From Candidatus Poribacteria bacterium (GTDB taxonomy: Bacteria > Poribacteria > WGA-4E > WGA-3G): DNA of 64,000 nt. This document shows positions 11,725 through 21,226 of the stretch, piece after piece; the stretch's first letter is position 1; every line of letters starts with the position of its first letter. The position numbers and the translations under genes were made by a program. The notes under the pieces are model-generated. The model had not been told where the DNA came from, did not search any database, and saw nothing but the letters and a program-made list of their open reading frames with translations. The DNA is taken from positions 64,001 to 128,000 of the forward strand of contig CAXXLX010000002.1 in assembly GCA_963665235.2 (NCBI GenBank), read 5' to 3'.

Positions 11725-11754
11725 TGCGGCGTACTCGCCCAAATGCGACGTGCA
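11725..11754 (+). repeat. 30-bp micro-element TGCGGCGTACTCGCCCAAATGCG(A/C)CGTGCA (copy 1 of 6)
   Basis: Other copies at 20272-20301, 24066-24095, 31149-31178, 39696-39725 and 52802-52831. Each is preceded by TT and followed by TTCA. Confidence 0.9.
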
Positions 11755-11780
11755 TTCAGACAAACAAAGGAGAAAATAAA

Positions 11781-14700
11781 ATGTTAAAACGATTGACAAA
11801 AACAAACATATTTCTAATTCCACTCTTGGTGATTTCCGTATGCATATCAGGAATTGCCGAGGCAGACAACCGAGCCCCGACCGCTGTGGCTACAATCCAT
11901 AATCAATCGCTTACTGTGGGTAGCAGTGTCTTCTCACTTAGCGTGACAAATGTCTTCAGTGATCCCGATGGAGATAGCTTGACATACTCGGCTACATCCT
12001 CGAATACAAGTGTTGCAACCACAAGTATGTCGGGGGCAACCCTCACGGTCTCACCGGTCGGCGGAGGCACCGCAACCATAACCATCACGGCAACTGACCC
12101 CGGCGGGTTATCTGCAACCTCGTCATTCTCGGTAACAGTAATCCAACCTAACCGGGCGCCAACTACTGTAGGCACGATACCCGATCAAACCTTGGATGGA
12201 CGCGGGTTTATCGGTAGCGTTGACGTGAGCGGCTACTTCAGTGATGCCGATGGCGATAGCTTGACTTACACCGCCACTTCAGCTGATACCGCCAAAGTCA
12301 CAGTGAGTGTGTCAAAGAGTATATCAAGTGCCACGGTTACCATCACAGCAGTAGCCAAAGGCAGTGCTACGATAACCGTCACAGCAACTGACACCCACGG
12401 GGCGAGTACCACACAGACATTTTCTGTGACTGTGAGCAAAGATAACAACGCCCCAGTTGCTGTCGGCACCATTCCTGATCAACTATTGCAACTTGGCGGG
12501 AGCAACATCACATTTAACGCGGCGCAGTATTTCAGTGATCCCAATGGCGATCCGTTACCAGCATCGGCAGGGCAATTCATTCGTTCCAATGATGCAATCA
12601 TAGACGTTAACGGCGATGGTAATTGGAATATCACCCTTATACCAAAAGCAGTGGGGACCATAACCGTATCTATAGTGGCGAGCGACCCCGGCGGTTTGAG
12701 CGCTACGCAGAGCTTCAGCGTTAAGGTGAACAAAGCCCCCGAGGCAACCGGCACAATTCCCGACGGTTCGACAGTGTTCGGAGGGGACGCATACAGTGTG
12801 GACGTGAGCTCTTATTTCACCGACGCGAATGGGGACACGCTGACCTACACCGCCACCTCCTTGGATACCAGCACAGCAACTGTCAGCGTGTCAACATCCA
12901 CGGTCAGCGTCACCGCTGGGGCGGCAGGTAGCGCGACGATTACCGTCACTGCGACAGACATCCACAGCACGTCTGGGACACAGAGCTTCAACGTCGCAAC
13001 GATCGACAATGGTCCCGTCACTGTCGGCACTATTCCGGACGTTTCCTTATATGTCGGTGGCAGCAGCACGGATGTGGACTTGGCAGATTACTTCGATGCT
13101 GTTAATAAGAGTGCTTTGAGCTACACGGCGGTCTCCTCTGATACCGGCAAAGCAACCGTGAGCGTGTCGGGTGCAACGCTCACCGTCACACCCGTGGCTG
13201 CGGGGACTCCGACCATAAGGGTCAGGGCAGTGGATTCCGCTGGTAAGCATGCCTCACAGATGTTCACCGCAACTGTCGTGAAGCCGAACCAGGCGCCTGT
13301 TACCGTGGGAACAATTCCTGATCAAAAGATATACCTTGGAGGGGTTTCTATCACAATTGACGCGGCCCCGTACTTCAGCGATGCTGATGGCGATACATTA
13401 ACATATGCGGTGAGCGATTCTGACCTCGCGAACCAGAAAATCGGCATCAGTTTAACATCGGACGGAAAAGTAACCATTGGTGCCACGCTTCAAACGGGTA
13501 CCGTGACGGTAAGAGTATACGCCTCAGATTCCAGCGCGTTTGCAACACAGATCTTCACCGTAACAGTAGCACCGGCAAGCCGCCCGCCCGCGGCAAGCGG
13601 TACCATTCCCAACAGCACCAAGAAGGCCGGTCACAGTGCTTACAGTGTGGACCTAAGCGGTTACTTCACCGATGCCGATGGGGATACGTTGACCTACACG
13701 GCGGTCTCCTCCGATACCGCCAAAGCCACCGTAAGTCTATCGGGGGCAACGCTAAGCGTTACGCCCGTGGCAGAAGGGACAGCAACAATAACGGCAACGG
13801 CGACGGACCCGAGTGGCGCGTTTGCGACACAGTCCTTCACCATGACGGTGAGGCCGGCGAACCGCGCGCCCGTAGCGAGTACGACAATTCCCGCCCAAAC
13901 AATAGAAAGAATATATAGCGGTTCTAATCGTGATACAAATGTCCATATAGGGCTTGACGATAAATTCAGCGATGCGGATGGGGATGCATTGACCTACACC
14001 GCTACTGTGCAAATTACGTCGGCTGGATACCTCGTCTTCGTGGACTTCCGTACGGGGGCAAGCACCCTAACCATCACTGCGCCTCAAGCAGACACTGGTG
14101 GCTCAGGAACAACAACGGTAACTGTAACGGCAACAGATACTGATAACGCAAGCGTGAGCCAGACGTTCTCCGTTACCACGAACATACGGCCGGCCACGGT
14201 AGGCACAATTCCCACCCAAACTGTGTCGCTCAATGGCGGAAGTGCCACGGTGAATGTGCAAAGCTACTTCAGCGACCCTGATGGGGATACGTTAACTTAC
14301 TCGGCGAGCTCTTCCAATACCGCCAAAGCAACGGTGAGCGTGTCCGGTTCAAATGTTACCATAACAGGAAAAGCTGGGGGCCCTGCAACGGTAACCGTAA
14401 CCGCAACAGATACGCTCGGTCTAACGGCAAACCAGACCATAAAGGTAAACGTAGGAAATCCGCCCACGGCTGTGGGAACAATGCCGGATGAAACCAGTAG
14501 AGTCGGTTGGGGTAATATCACTACGAATGTTAGCTCCTACTTTAGCGAGCCTGATGGGCAGCCGTTGTCCTACTCGGCGAGCTCTTCCAATACTGGGGTA
14601 GTATGGGTGAACGTGTCGGGTTCAACTGTCACCGCTACTCCGGCCGGTAATACAGGGAATGCGAGGATAACTGTCACAGCCTCGGATCCGAGCGGGTTGA

Positions 14701-15902
14701 CTGCAACCCAAACCTATACGGTCTATATTGAACCCGGTTTCGCAGACGCTATTCCAGGACTGAGCAGTGACGAGCAATTGCTACTCGGACAGTTGCTCAC
14801 TTATGACACTATCATTTTCAATGAACTCCACAACGGTTCCGACGATGCCACCGACTGGCTGGAACTCCGAAACGTCAGTAATATTGACATCCTGCTCGAT
14901 AGCTGGCAGCTGAGCGTTCAGACAAGCAGTGGCACCGCTGTCATTCCGTTCCCAGCGGGCACAGCTATTGCCTCCGGTGAAGTCCTCCTACTCACAAACA
15001 CCTATGTGACTAAAGCGGCCGTGCCCGTTGCCCCTGTGGTGATTGACTCTTTCGCATTGCCGCAAACCGATTTCGCGTTGATCCTGCGCAGCCCGACAGC
15101 GTTCGGTGATCTTGCTGGCAATTATTTCCAAGATGCAAGTGAACGCCCGCAAACTGCACCTGAGTTTACCTTAGACACGGTGTGGGAACGTGTCCAAGGG
15201 ACAGTCTCCGGGTATCGCGCCGAGGCGTGGGCAGCCAGCACGTACCGAAACGGACTCGGTTCACCGGGGTATCAACCGTCAGCTGTGATGGGCGACCTGA
15301 ATAACGATAATGTTGTGAATATCTTAGACCTGGTCATGGTCGCCTCAAAGTTCGGCACGACAAACGCAGCTGCCGATGTGAACGGTGATGGCACAGTAAA
15401 CATTCAAGACCTCGTTTTGGTTGCGAATGCGTTAGATAACGTTAGTGCCGCCCCCACTGCGAATCAGTCTGCTGCAGCAGTCGTTAACAATTGGCTGACG
15501 CTTGCCCGTCAAAACGCCGCAAACGTAGATAAATCCGCTATTCCACAAGGTTTCTCTTACGAACGCGGCATTCAGATGCTTGAAGCGTTAGCACGCGCGT
15601 TGACACCGAGTACAACCGCACTCTTGGCGAACTATCCGAACCCGTTCAACCCGGAGACATGGATACCGTATCAGTTATCCAAAGCCGCTGATGTCACAAT
15701 AACGATATATGCGTCAGATGGCAACGTTGTTCGGACGTTAGCGTTAGGACATCGGGATGCGGGCATGTATAAAACCCGTAGTCAAGCCGCCTATTGGGAT
15801 GGCAGAAACGAGATGGGTGAGTCCGTAGCGAGCGGTGTATATTTCTACACCCTCACCGCCGGCGACTTCGCCGCCACGCGCAAGATGCTCATCCTCAAGT
15901 AG
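11781..15902 (+). CDS. Surface protein paralog 4: signal peptide + ~10 Ig/cadherin-like repeats + constant cassette
   Basis: AAGGAG RBS, then ATG 11781 (MLKRLTKTNIF...). Same repeat and C-terminal motifs as the other paralogs. Confidence 0.93.
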   Translation: MLKRLTKTNIFLIPLLVISVCISGIAEADNRAPTAVATIHNQSLTVGSSVFSLSVTNVFSDPDGDSLTYSATSSNTSVATTSMSGATLTVSPVGGGTATITITATDPGGLSATSSFSVTVIQPNRAPTTVGTIPDQTLDGRGFIGSVDVSGYFSDADGDSLTYTATSADTAKVTVSVSKSISSATVTITAVAKGSATITVTATDTHGASTTQTFSVTVSKDNNAPVAVGTIPDQLLQLGGSNITFNAAQYFSDPNGDPLPASAGQFIRSNDAIIDVNGDGNWNITLIPKAVGTITVSIVASDPGGLSATQSFSVKVNKAPEATGTIPDGSTVFGGDAYSVDVSSYFTDANGDTLTYTATSLDTSTATVSVSTSTVSVTAGAAGSATITVTATDIHSTSGTQSFNVATIDNGPVTVGTIPDVSLYVGGSSTDVDLADYFDAVNKSALSYTAVSSDTGKATVSVSGATLTVTPVAAGTPTIRVRAVDSAGKHASQMFTATVVKPNQAPVTVGTIPDQKIYLGGVSITIDAAPYFSDADGDTLTYAVSDSDLANQKIGISLTSDGKVTIGATLQTGTVTVRVYASDSSAFATQIFTVTVAPASRPPAASGTIPNSTKKAGHSAYSVDLSGYFTDADGDTLTYTAVSSDTAKATVSLSGATLSVTPVAEGTATITATATDPSGAFATQSFTMTVRPANRAPVASTTIPAQTIERIYSGSNRDTNVHIGLDDKFSDADGDALTYTATVQITSAGYLVFVDFRTGASTLTITAPQADTGGSGTTTVTVTATDTDNASVSQTFSVTTNIRPATVGTIPTQTVSLNGGSATVNVQSYFSDPDGDTLTYSASSSNTAKATVSVSGSNVTITGKAGGPATVTVTATDTLGLTANQTIKVNVGNPPTAVGTMPDETSRVGWGNITTNVSSYFSEPDGQPLSYSASSSNTGVVWVNVSGSTVTATPAGNTGNARITVTASDPSGLTATQTYTVYIEPGFADAIPGLSSDEQLLLGQLLTYDTIIFNELHNGSDDATDWLELRNVSNIDILLDSWQLSVQTSSGTAVIPFPAGTAIASGEVLLLTNTYVTKAAVPVAPVVIDSFALPQTDFALILRSPTAFGDLAGNYFQDASERPQTAPEFTLDTVWERVQGTVSGYRAEAWAASTYRNGLGSPGYQPSAVMGDLNNDNVVNILDLVMVASKFGTTNAAADVNGDGTVNIQDLVLVANALDNVSAAPTANQSAAAVVNNWLTLARQNAANVDKSAIPQGFSYERGIQMLEALARALTPSTTALLANYPNPFNPETWIPYQLSKAADVTITIYASDGNVVRTLALGHRDAGMYKTRSQAAYWDGRNEMGESVASGVYFYTLTAGDFAATRKMLILK

Positions 15903-15921
15903 GATTCCAATTTCAACCCTG

Positions 15922-15946
15922 GTAGGTGCGGTTTCCTAATCGCACC
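15922..15946 (+). repeat. GTAG-type REP-like palindrome GTAGGTGCGGTTTCCTAATCGCACC
   Basis: GTAG followed by a GGTGCG...CGCACC stem, 20 bp after the paralog 4 stop. Confidence 0.65.
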
Positions 15947-16004
15947 ATAACCCAGGTATTAAATCAAACTTTTTCAATTAATATAATCACAAGGAGACCA
16001 AAAA

Positions 16005-19000
16005 ATGTTAAAACGATTGACAACTATAACCCTTTTTCTTATCTTGACCCTCTTCGTTTCCATGTTAGGCGTTGACGAGGCATTCGCCGCGCCAAATCCG
16101 CCAAGTTCATTCAGCTCATCCAATGTGACCAGCATCAGCTTTACAGTGAGTTGGTCGGGTGGTCCGGGCTTTGGATGGTCTACTATAGGTTATGAGTACC
16201 GATATCGAGAACAGGGTACTACAGATTGGGTGACGATAAGCGGGCCAAGCGGGCCATTTTCCGAGACAAGTATTAGCTTATCATCTTTAAAACCAGCCAC
16301 TACTTATGAATACCAAGTGCGTACTTACGCCGAGAATGTGGCGGCTGCGCTTATTATGTTGACCGTTGAGGAATGGAGCAGCTGGTCGACAGCACAGACA
16401 GTGAAGATGAACAGTCCGCCGACGACGCGATATTCTATGGCCGACCGAACGTTCATAATTGGGGATCCTGCCATTACAGAGGATGTGAGTTATTATTTCA
16501 CCGACCCCGACGGCGATACGTTAACCTACACCGAAAACTCAGACCTTACGAGTCTGGAAGGGGCAGTCCTAACCATTACGCCATCATCGACTCCTACAAC
16601 AGCGACAGTCACGGTGACCGCCAGTGATGCAGACAGCTCCGCCACACAGTCCTTCAAGGTAACGGTGAAGGCAAACCAGGCACCGCAGGCGGTGGGTACA
16701 ATTCCGGACCAAACGGTGACTGCGCATGGTGCTAATGTTTACGTTAGTATGAGTAGTCGCTTCAGCGACCCCGAGGACCAGCTGTTAACCCTTAGCGCAA
16801 CCTCATCCGATACGAGCAAAGCCACAGTCAATGTGTCAGGGGCAGAAGTAGGCATCACGGGATTAGCAGCCGGTTCGGTGACAATTACCGTGACTGCAAC
16901 GGACACCTACAACGCCACCGGCACACAGACCTTTTCGGTAACGGTGGAGCCAAACTCGCCACCGGTGAAGGTGGGCACAATTCCGACCCAAACGGTGTCT
17001 GTGACTGGAGCTGCTGTGACAGTTGATGTGAGTGACTACTTCAGCGACCCCGAATTGAATCCGTTAACCTATAGCGCAACCTCATCTAATACAAGCAAAG
17101 TCACAGTGAGCGTGTCAGGGGCAACGCTAACCATCACGCCGGTAGCTACCGGGTGGGTGACAATCACCGTGAACGCGACAGATATCAGCACCTCAGCTGC
17201 GACGCAGACCTTCACCGCTAGGGTCATTTCAAATCGATCACCGGTGAAGGTGGGTACAATTCCAACCCAAGCGGCGAGAATGGGTAGCACCGCCACGACA
17301 GTTGATGTGAGTAGCTACTTCAGCGACCCTGATGGCAATCCACTAACCTATAGCGCAACCTCATCGAACACGAACAGAGCCACAGTGACCATGTCAGGGG
17401 CAACGCTAGCCATCACTGCAGTGGCTACCGGGTCAGCGACAATAAGAGTGAAAGCGAAAGATACCTACAACGCAAGCAGGACGCAGAGTTTCTCTGTCAA
17501 GGTTGTGGCAAGCGACGCACTGGTCGCTGTGGGTACAATTCCGACCCAAAAAGTGGCTGCGACTAAAGCTACTGGGACAGTTGATGTGAGTAGCTACTTC
17601 AGCGGGCCCTCTGGCGTTACACTAACCTATAGCGCAACCTCATCTAGTCCGAGCAGAGCCACAGTGAGCGTGTCAGAATCAACATTAACCATCGCCGGAT
17701 TGGTTACCGGGTGGTCGACAATAAGAGTGACCGCAACAGGGAACAACGCAACTGCTACGCAGAGTTTCTCCGCCAGGGTCGTTTCAAACCTATCACCGAC
17801 CGCAGTGGGCACAATTCCGACCAAATTTGTCGCTAATAGTGGATATGACCAATTCGGCATTAGCAGCTATTTCAGCGACCCCGATGGCGATACCTTGACC
17901 TACACCGCAAGCATTTCTGATAACACTGTAGCTGAGGCAAACGTGGGCACGGGCACGAATAGTTCGACGTTGTATATCCTCGCAAATGGTTTGGGAACAG
18001 CGACAATTACAGTGACGGCGACAGACTCAAGCAATGCAACCGCTACTCAGACTTTTTCTGTTAAGGTCGTCCAACAAACTGCTGATGCCGTGCCGGGTCT
18101 CAGCAGTGCTGAACTATCACAGCTCGGCGCACTGCTCACATATAGGACAGTTATCTTCAACGAACTGCACAACGGTTCTGTTGATGCAAACGATTGGTTG
18201 GAACTCCGAAACGTCAGTGGTGCAGACCTTCCACTTGATACTTGGCAACTCACTGTTCGGACAGGAAGCGGTGATGTCGTTATTGCGTTCCCCGCAGGCA
18301 CGGTCATCCCCGTAGGTGAAGTCCTTCTACTCACCAACACAGCGGGAGGTCGCGAGCAAAGCTCGCTCCTACAAGAAGATGGTGAGATGGCGACAGCAGA
18401 TGATATGTCCGTGTTGTCTGTGGTTTCTGAAAAGTTTGTGTTGCCACAAGCACCGTTTGCATTGATGCTACGCAACCCAACGGTATTTGGTGATATAGCA
18501 GGGAATTACGTCCAAGGCGAAGCCCTAGCAACGATTCCCAGTCTCACCGTGGATACGGTGTGGGAGCGCACCCAGCCAACTGTCTTCGGGTATCGCGCGG
18601 AGGCGTGGGTGAAGAGCACCTATCAAAATGGACTCGGCTCCCCAGGCTATTATCCTCAAATGCCATCAACAGATCTGAATAGCGATGGTGTTGTAAACAT
18701 TTTTGATTTGGTGTTAGTCGCCTCACAGTTCGGGACAACAAACACAACTGCGGATCTGAATGGTGACGGCACTGTCAACATGATGGATTTGGCTTTAGTT
18801 GCTGGTGCGTTAGGTCCCGCCATCGGTGCACCGACTGCGAATCAGTCCACTGCAGCCATCGTCAACACTTGGCTCAAACTTGCACGTGAAAACGCCGCAA
18901 ACGTCGTTGTAACATCAATCCCAGAAGGATTTTCGTACGAACGCGGCCTTCAGGTGCTTGAAGAGTTAACCCGTGCGTTGACCCCCAATGCAACTGCCCT

Positions 19001-19280
19001 GTTAGCGAACTATCCGAACCCGTTCAATCCAGAGACGTGGATACCGTATCAGTTATCCAAAGCCGCTGATGTCACAATAACGATATATGCGTCAGATGGC
19101 AACGTTGTTCGGACGTTAGCGTTAGGACATCGAGATGTTGGCATGTATAAAACCCGTAGTCAAGCCGCCTATTGGGATGGCAAAAACGAGATAGGCGAGT
19201 CTGTCGCAAGCGGTGTATATTTCTACACCCTCACGGCAGGGAATTTTTCCGCCACGCGCAAGATGCTCATCCTCAAGTAA
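16005..19280 (+). CDS. Surface protein paralog 5: signal peptide + FN3 + ~6 Ig-like repeats + constant cassette
   Basis: AAGGAG RBS; ...DEAFA signal peptide; FN3 motif (W...Y.YRYR...LKPATTYEYQV); conserved tail. Confidence 0.93.
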   Translation: MLKRLTTITLFLILTLFVSMLGVDEAFAAPNPPSSFSSSNVTSISFTVSWSGGPGFGWSTIGYEYRYREQGTTDWVTISGPSGPFSETSISLSSLKPATTYEYQVRTYAENVAAALIMLTVEEWSSWSTAQTVKMNSPPTTRYSMADRTFIIGDPAITEDVSYYFTDPDGDTLTYTENSDLTSLEGAVLTITPSSTPTTATVTVTASDADSSATQSFKVTVKANQAPQAVGTIPDQTVTAHGANVYVSMSSRFSDPEDQLLTLSATSSDTSKATVNVSGAEVGITGLAAGSVTITVTATDTYNATGTQTFSVTVEPNSPPVKVGTIPTQTVSVTGAAVTVDVSDYFSDPELNPLTYSATSSNTSKVTVSVSGATLTITPVATGWVTITVNATDISTSAATQTFTARVISNRSPVKVGTIPTQAARMGSTATTVDVSSYFSDPDGNPLTYSATSSNTNRATVTMSGATLAITAVATGSATIRVKAKDTYNASRTQSFSVKVVASDALVAVGTIPTQKVAATKATGTVDVSSYFSGPSGVTLTYSATSSSPSRATVSVSESTLTIAGLVTGWSTIRVTATGNNATATQSFSARVVSNLSPTAVGTIPTKFVANSGYDQFGISSYFSDPDGDTLTYTASISDNTVAEANVGTGTNSSTLYILANGLGTATITVTATDSSNATATQTFSVKVVQQTADAVPGLSSAELSQLGALLTYRTVIFNELHNGSVDANDWLELRNVSGADLPLDTWQLTVRTGSGDVVIAFPAGTVIPVGEVLLLTNTAGGREQSSLLQEDGEMATADDMSVLSVVSEKFVLPQAPFALMLRNPTVFGDIAGNYVQGEALATIPSLTVDTVWERTQPTVFGYRAEAWVKSTYQNGLGSPGYYPQMPSTDLNSDGVVNIFDLVLVASQFGTTNTTADLNGDGTVNMMDLALVAGALGPAIGAPTANQSTAAIVNTWLKLARENAANVVVTSIPEGFSYERGLQVLEELTRALTPNATALLANYPNPFNPETWIPYQLSKAADVTITIYASDGNVVRTLALGHRDVGMYKTRSQAAYWDGKNEIGESVASGVYFYTLTAGNFSATRKMLILK

Positions 19281-19377
19281 GGCTGTTCAGTGTTCGGGCA
19301 AACGGTTTCCCGCTCCTCTGGGCGATTCATCGCCCGTACCGTTTGCCTTCCGTGATTTGGACAAAGGGGAACAACAC

Positions 19378-19400
19378 GTAGGGGCGGGGTCCCCCCGCCC
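19378..19400 (+). repeat. GTAG-type REP-like palindrome GTAGGGGCGGGGT.CCCCGCCC (second copy 23951-23973)
   Basis: GTAG plus a GGGCGGGG/CCCCGCCC stem; two near-identical copies. Confidence 0.75.
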
Positions 19401-19526
19401 TTACGAGGTTCCTGCTAAATTTGCGTAAGTCCTGAAAAAAATAATTCGGTTCTTTCGTCCGAGCCGTGTCGTTAACAAAGCATCTCTTAATTCTGTGCAT
19501 TCCGTGCCTTCCGCGATTCTGACAGA

Positions 19527-19676
19527 ACGCGAGTTTGAAAAAAGTTTTGACCTAGAGCGTTCTGTGGTAGTTTTAGCAAAAAACAGCACAAACTAGGAAG
19601 TTTATGCTACAAGTATACCGCTTTTTTCGCGATGAAAAGGTTTAGAGCAAACGGATATTTATTATCAAGCTCACGT
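19527..19676 (+). mobile_element. MITE family B (~150 bp), copy 1
   Basis: Imperfect TIR ACGCGAGTTTGAAAA / TTATCAAGCTCACGT, flanked by a TGACAGA direct repeat. Near-identical copy at 49698-49848 and a left-end fragment at 56299-56324. Confidence 0.8.
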
Positions 19677-19792
19677 TGACAGAAAAGAGCACAAACTAGG
19701 AAGTTTATGCTACAAGTATACCGCTTTTTTCGCGATGAAAAGGTTTAGAGCAAACGGATATTTATTATCAAGCTCACGTTGACAGAAAAGAG
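19585..19792 (+). repeat. 103-bp tandem duplication starting at the 24-bp REP core
   Basis: AGCACAAACTAGGAAGTTTATGCTAC...CTCACGTTGACAGAAAAGAG repeats at 19585 and 19688. Confidence 0.9.
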
Positions 19793-19820
19793 AATACAAT
19801 CTAACTGAAAGGAGTATCTG

Positions 19821-20111
19821 ATGTCGAAACGAAAACGAAGAAACTTCACCCCCAAGTTTAAAGCGGAGGTCGTTCTTGAGGCACTCAGCGGTGAAAGCTC
19901 ACAAGCAGATTTGTGTCGCCGACATAACCTCAGTGAAGCCCAGGTCTCAAAGTGGAAACAGCAGTTCCTTGAAAATGCGGCATCTGTGTTTGCCCCCACG
20001 GATAAGCAATCCAGCGAGGCAGCGAAGCACATTGCACACCTTGAACAGCTCGTTGGGCGATTGACCGCGGCATTAGACAACCAAAAGAACCCCTCGACTT
20101 GGTTGAGTTGA
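19821..20111 (+). mobile_element. IS3-family OrfA (HTH) transposase remnant; OrfB/integrase core missing
   Basis: MSKRKRRNFTPKFKAEVVLEAL...LCRRHNLSEAQVSKWKQQF...LEQLVGRLT is typical of IS3 OrfA. GAAAGGAG RBS upstream. No DDE ORF follows. Confidence 0.85.
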
Positions 20112-20481
20112 CCCCCTGTCTCAACAGCACCAAATAGTTGAGGCGTTAAGGAGCGGGGTTCCACGTAATGATTTAATCAGAGTCCGCCTACGAACATCAG
20201 TATTCGGGTTACAAGCCCGCTCCTCTAAGGGCGAGGTTCCCTCGCCCTATAATCCGCGCGAATCCGCGATTTGCGGCGTACTCGCCCAAATGCGCCGTGC
20301 ATTCAGACAAAAAACGCTAAAACTATAATCACAAAACTTTGATTGTTACGCATCGGACACTCCGCGTTCTCCGTGTCATCCGCGATTCAGACAACACAAG
20401 CGAAATCCATCCTTCCACTCTTCCACTCTTCCATCCTTCCATCCTTCCCTCTATCATAGTACAAAAACTTTACACACCCCC

Positions 20482-20812
20482 CTTCATTGCATTTTGTGGC
20501 ATAATCTTTCATTTTGTGTTATCCTTATATAATAAACTTTATGAAGGTTAATCTTTAAGTTATGTAATTTTGGGGCGTTTGATAAATCATCCGAACTAAA
20601 GCTAAGCGTTCAGTATTCGGTGTAGTCCCTTGTTTCTTTAGGCAATTCGTTGCCTGTGGGTTCCCGAAGTATTTATTTGGACTTCATTGCATTTTGTGGT
20701 ATAAACTTTCATTTTGTGTTATCCTTATATAATAAACTTTATGAAGTTAATCAAGTTATGTAATTTGGGGCGTTTGATAAATCACCTCGAATACTAAACA
20801 TAAGCGTTCAGT
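20482..20812 (+). repeat. Diverged ~130-bp AT-rich direct repeat (20482-20614 and 20682-20812), possibly a duplicated promoter region
   Basis: Both copies run CTTCATTGCATTTTGTGG...TATCCTTATATAATAAACTTTATGAAG...GCGTTTGATAAATCA...TAAGCGTTCAGT and contain TATAAT. Confidence 0.75.
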
Positions 20813-21005
20813 TTAAAAATTTAAAATTTTATTAAGGAGTGGGACTTACACAGCGCGTCGATAAACCCTTGTGTCACTGGCAATTGGCAATTGGAAACCA
20901 GATGTTGTGATTCTAAGAAGAGCTTTGAAGCACGTCAGAGGTTTCTCAAGGAGATAAAATTATCTCCATAAGCCAACGGTTTCCATTAGCAAGAAATATA
21001 AAATA

Positions 21006-21157
21006 ACCCAAGTTGCTACTTATAAGTTTTTAGACCTGGAAACACCGTCTTTAATGAAAATATGCTGATAATTAGGTAATATTTGTAGCGTTCACTTCCA
21101 ATTTGCACACAAATATGCACAATCTGGAAGATTATGCTACTATGTGGCAACTTAGGT
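21006..21157 (-). mobile_element. MITE family A (152 bp, IS982-like ends), compact copy
   Basis: TIR ACCCAAGTTGC / GCAACTTAGGT; 7-bp TSD TAAAATA (20999-21005 and 21158-21164). It is the reverse complement of the ends of 39796-41332. Confidence 0.88.
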
Positions 21158-21226
21158 TAAAATACGGAAAGCATCGCTTTTTGCGTTTAATGACCAATTT
21201 GCTTGCGTAAGTCCTGGGACATCATG

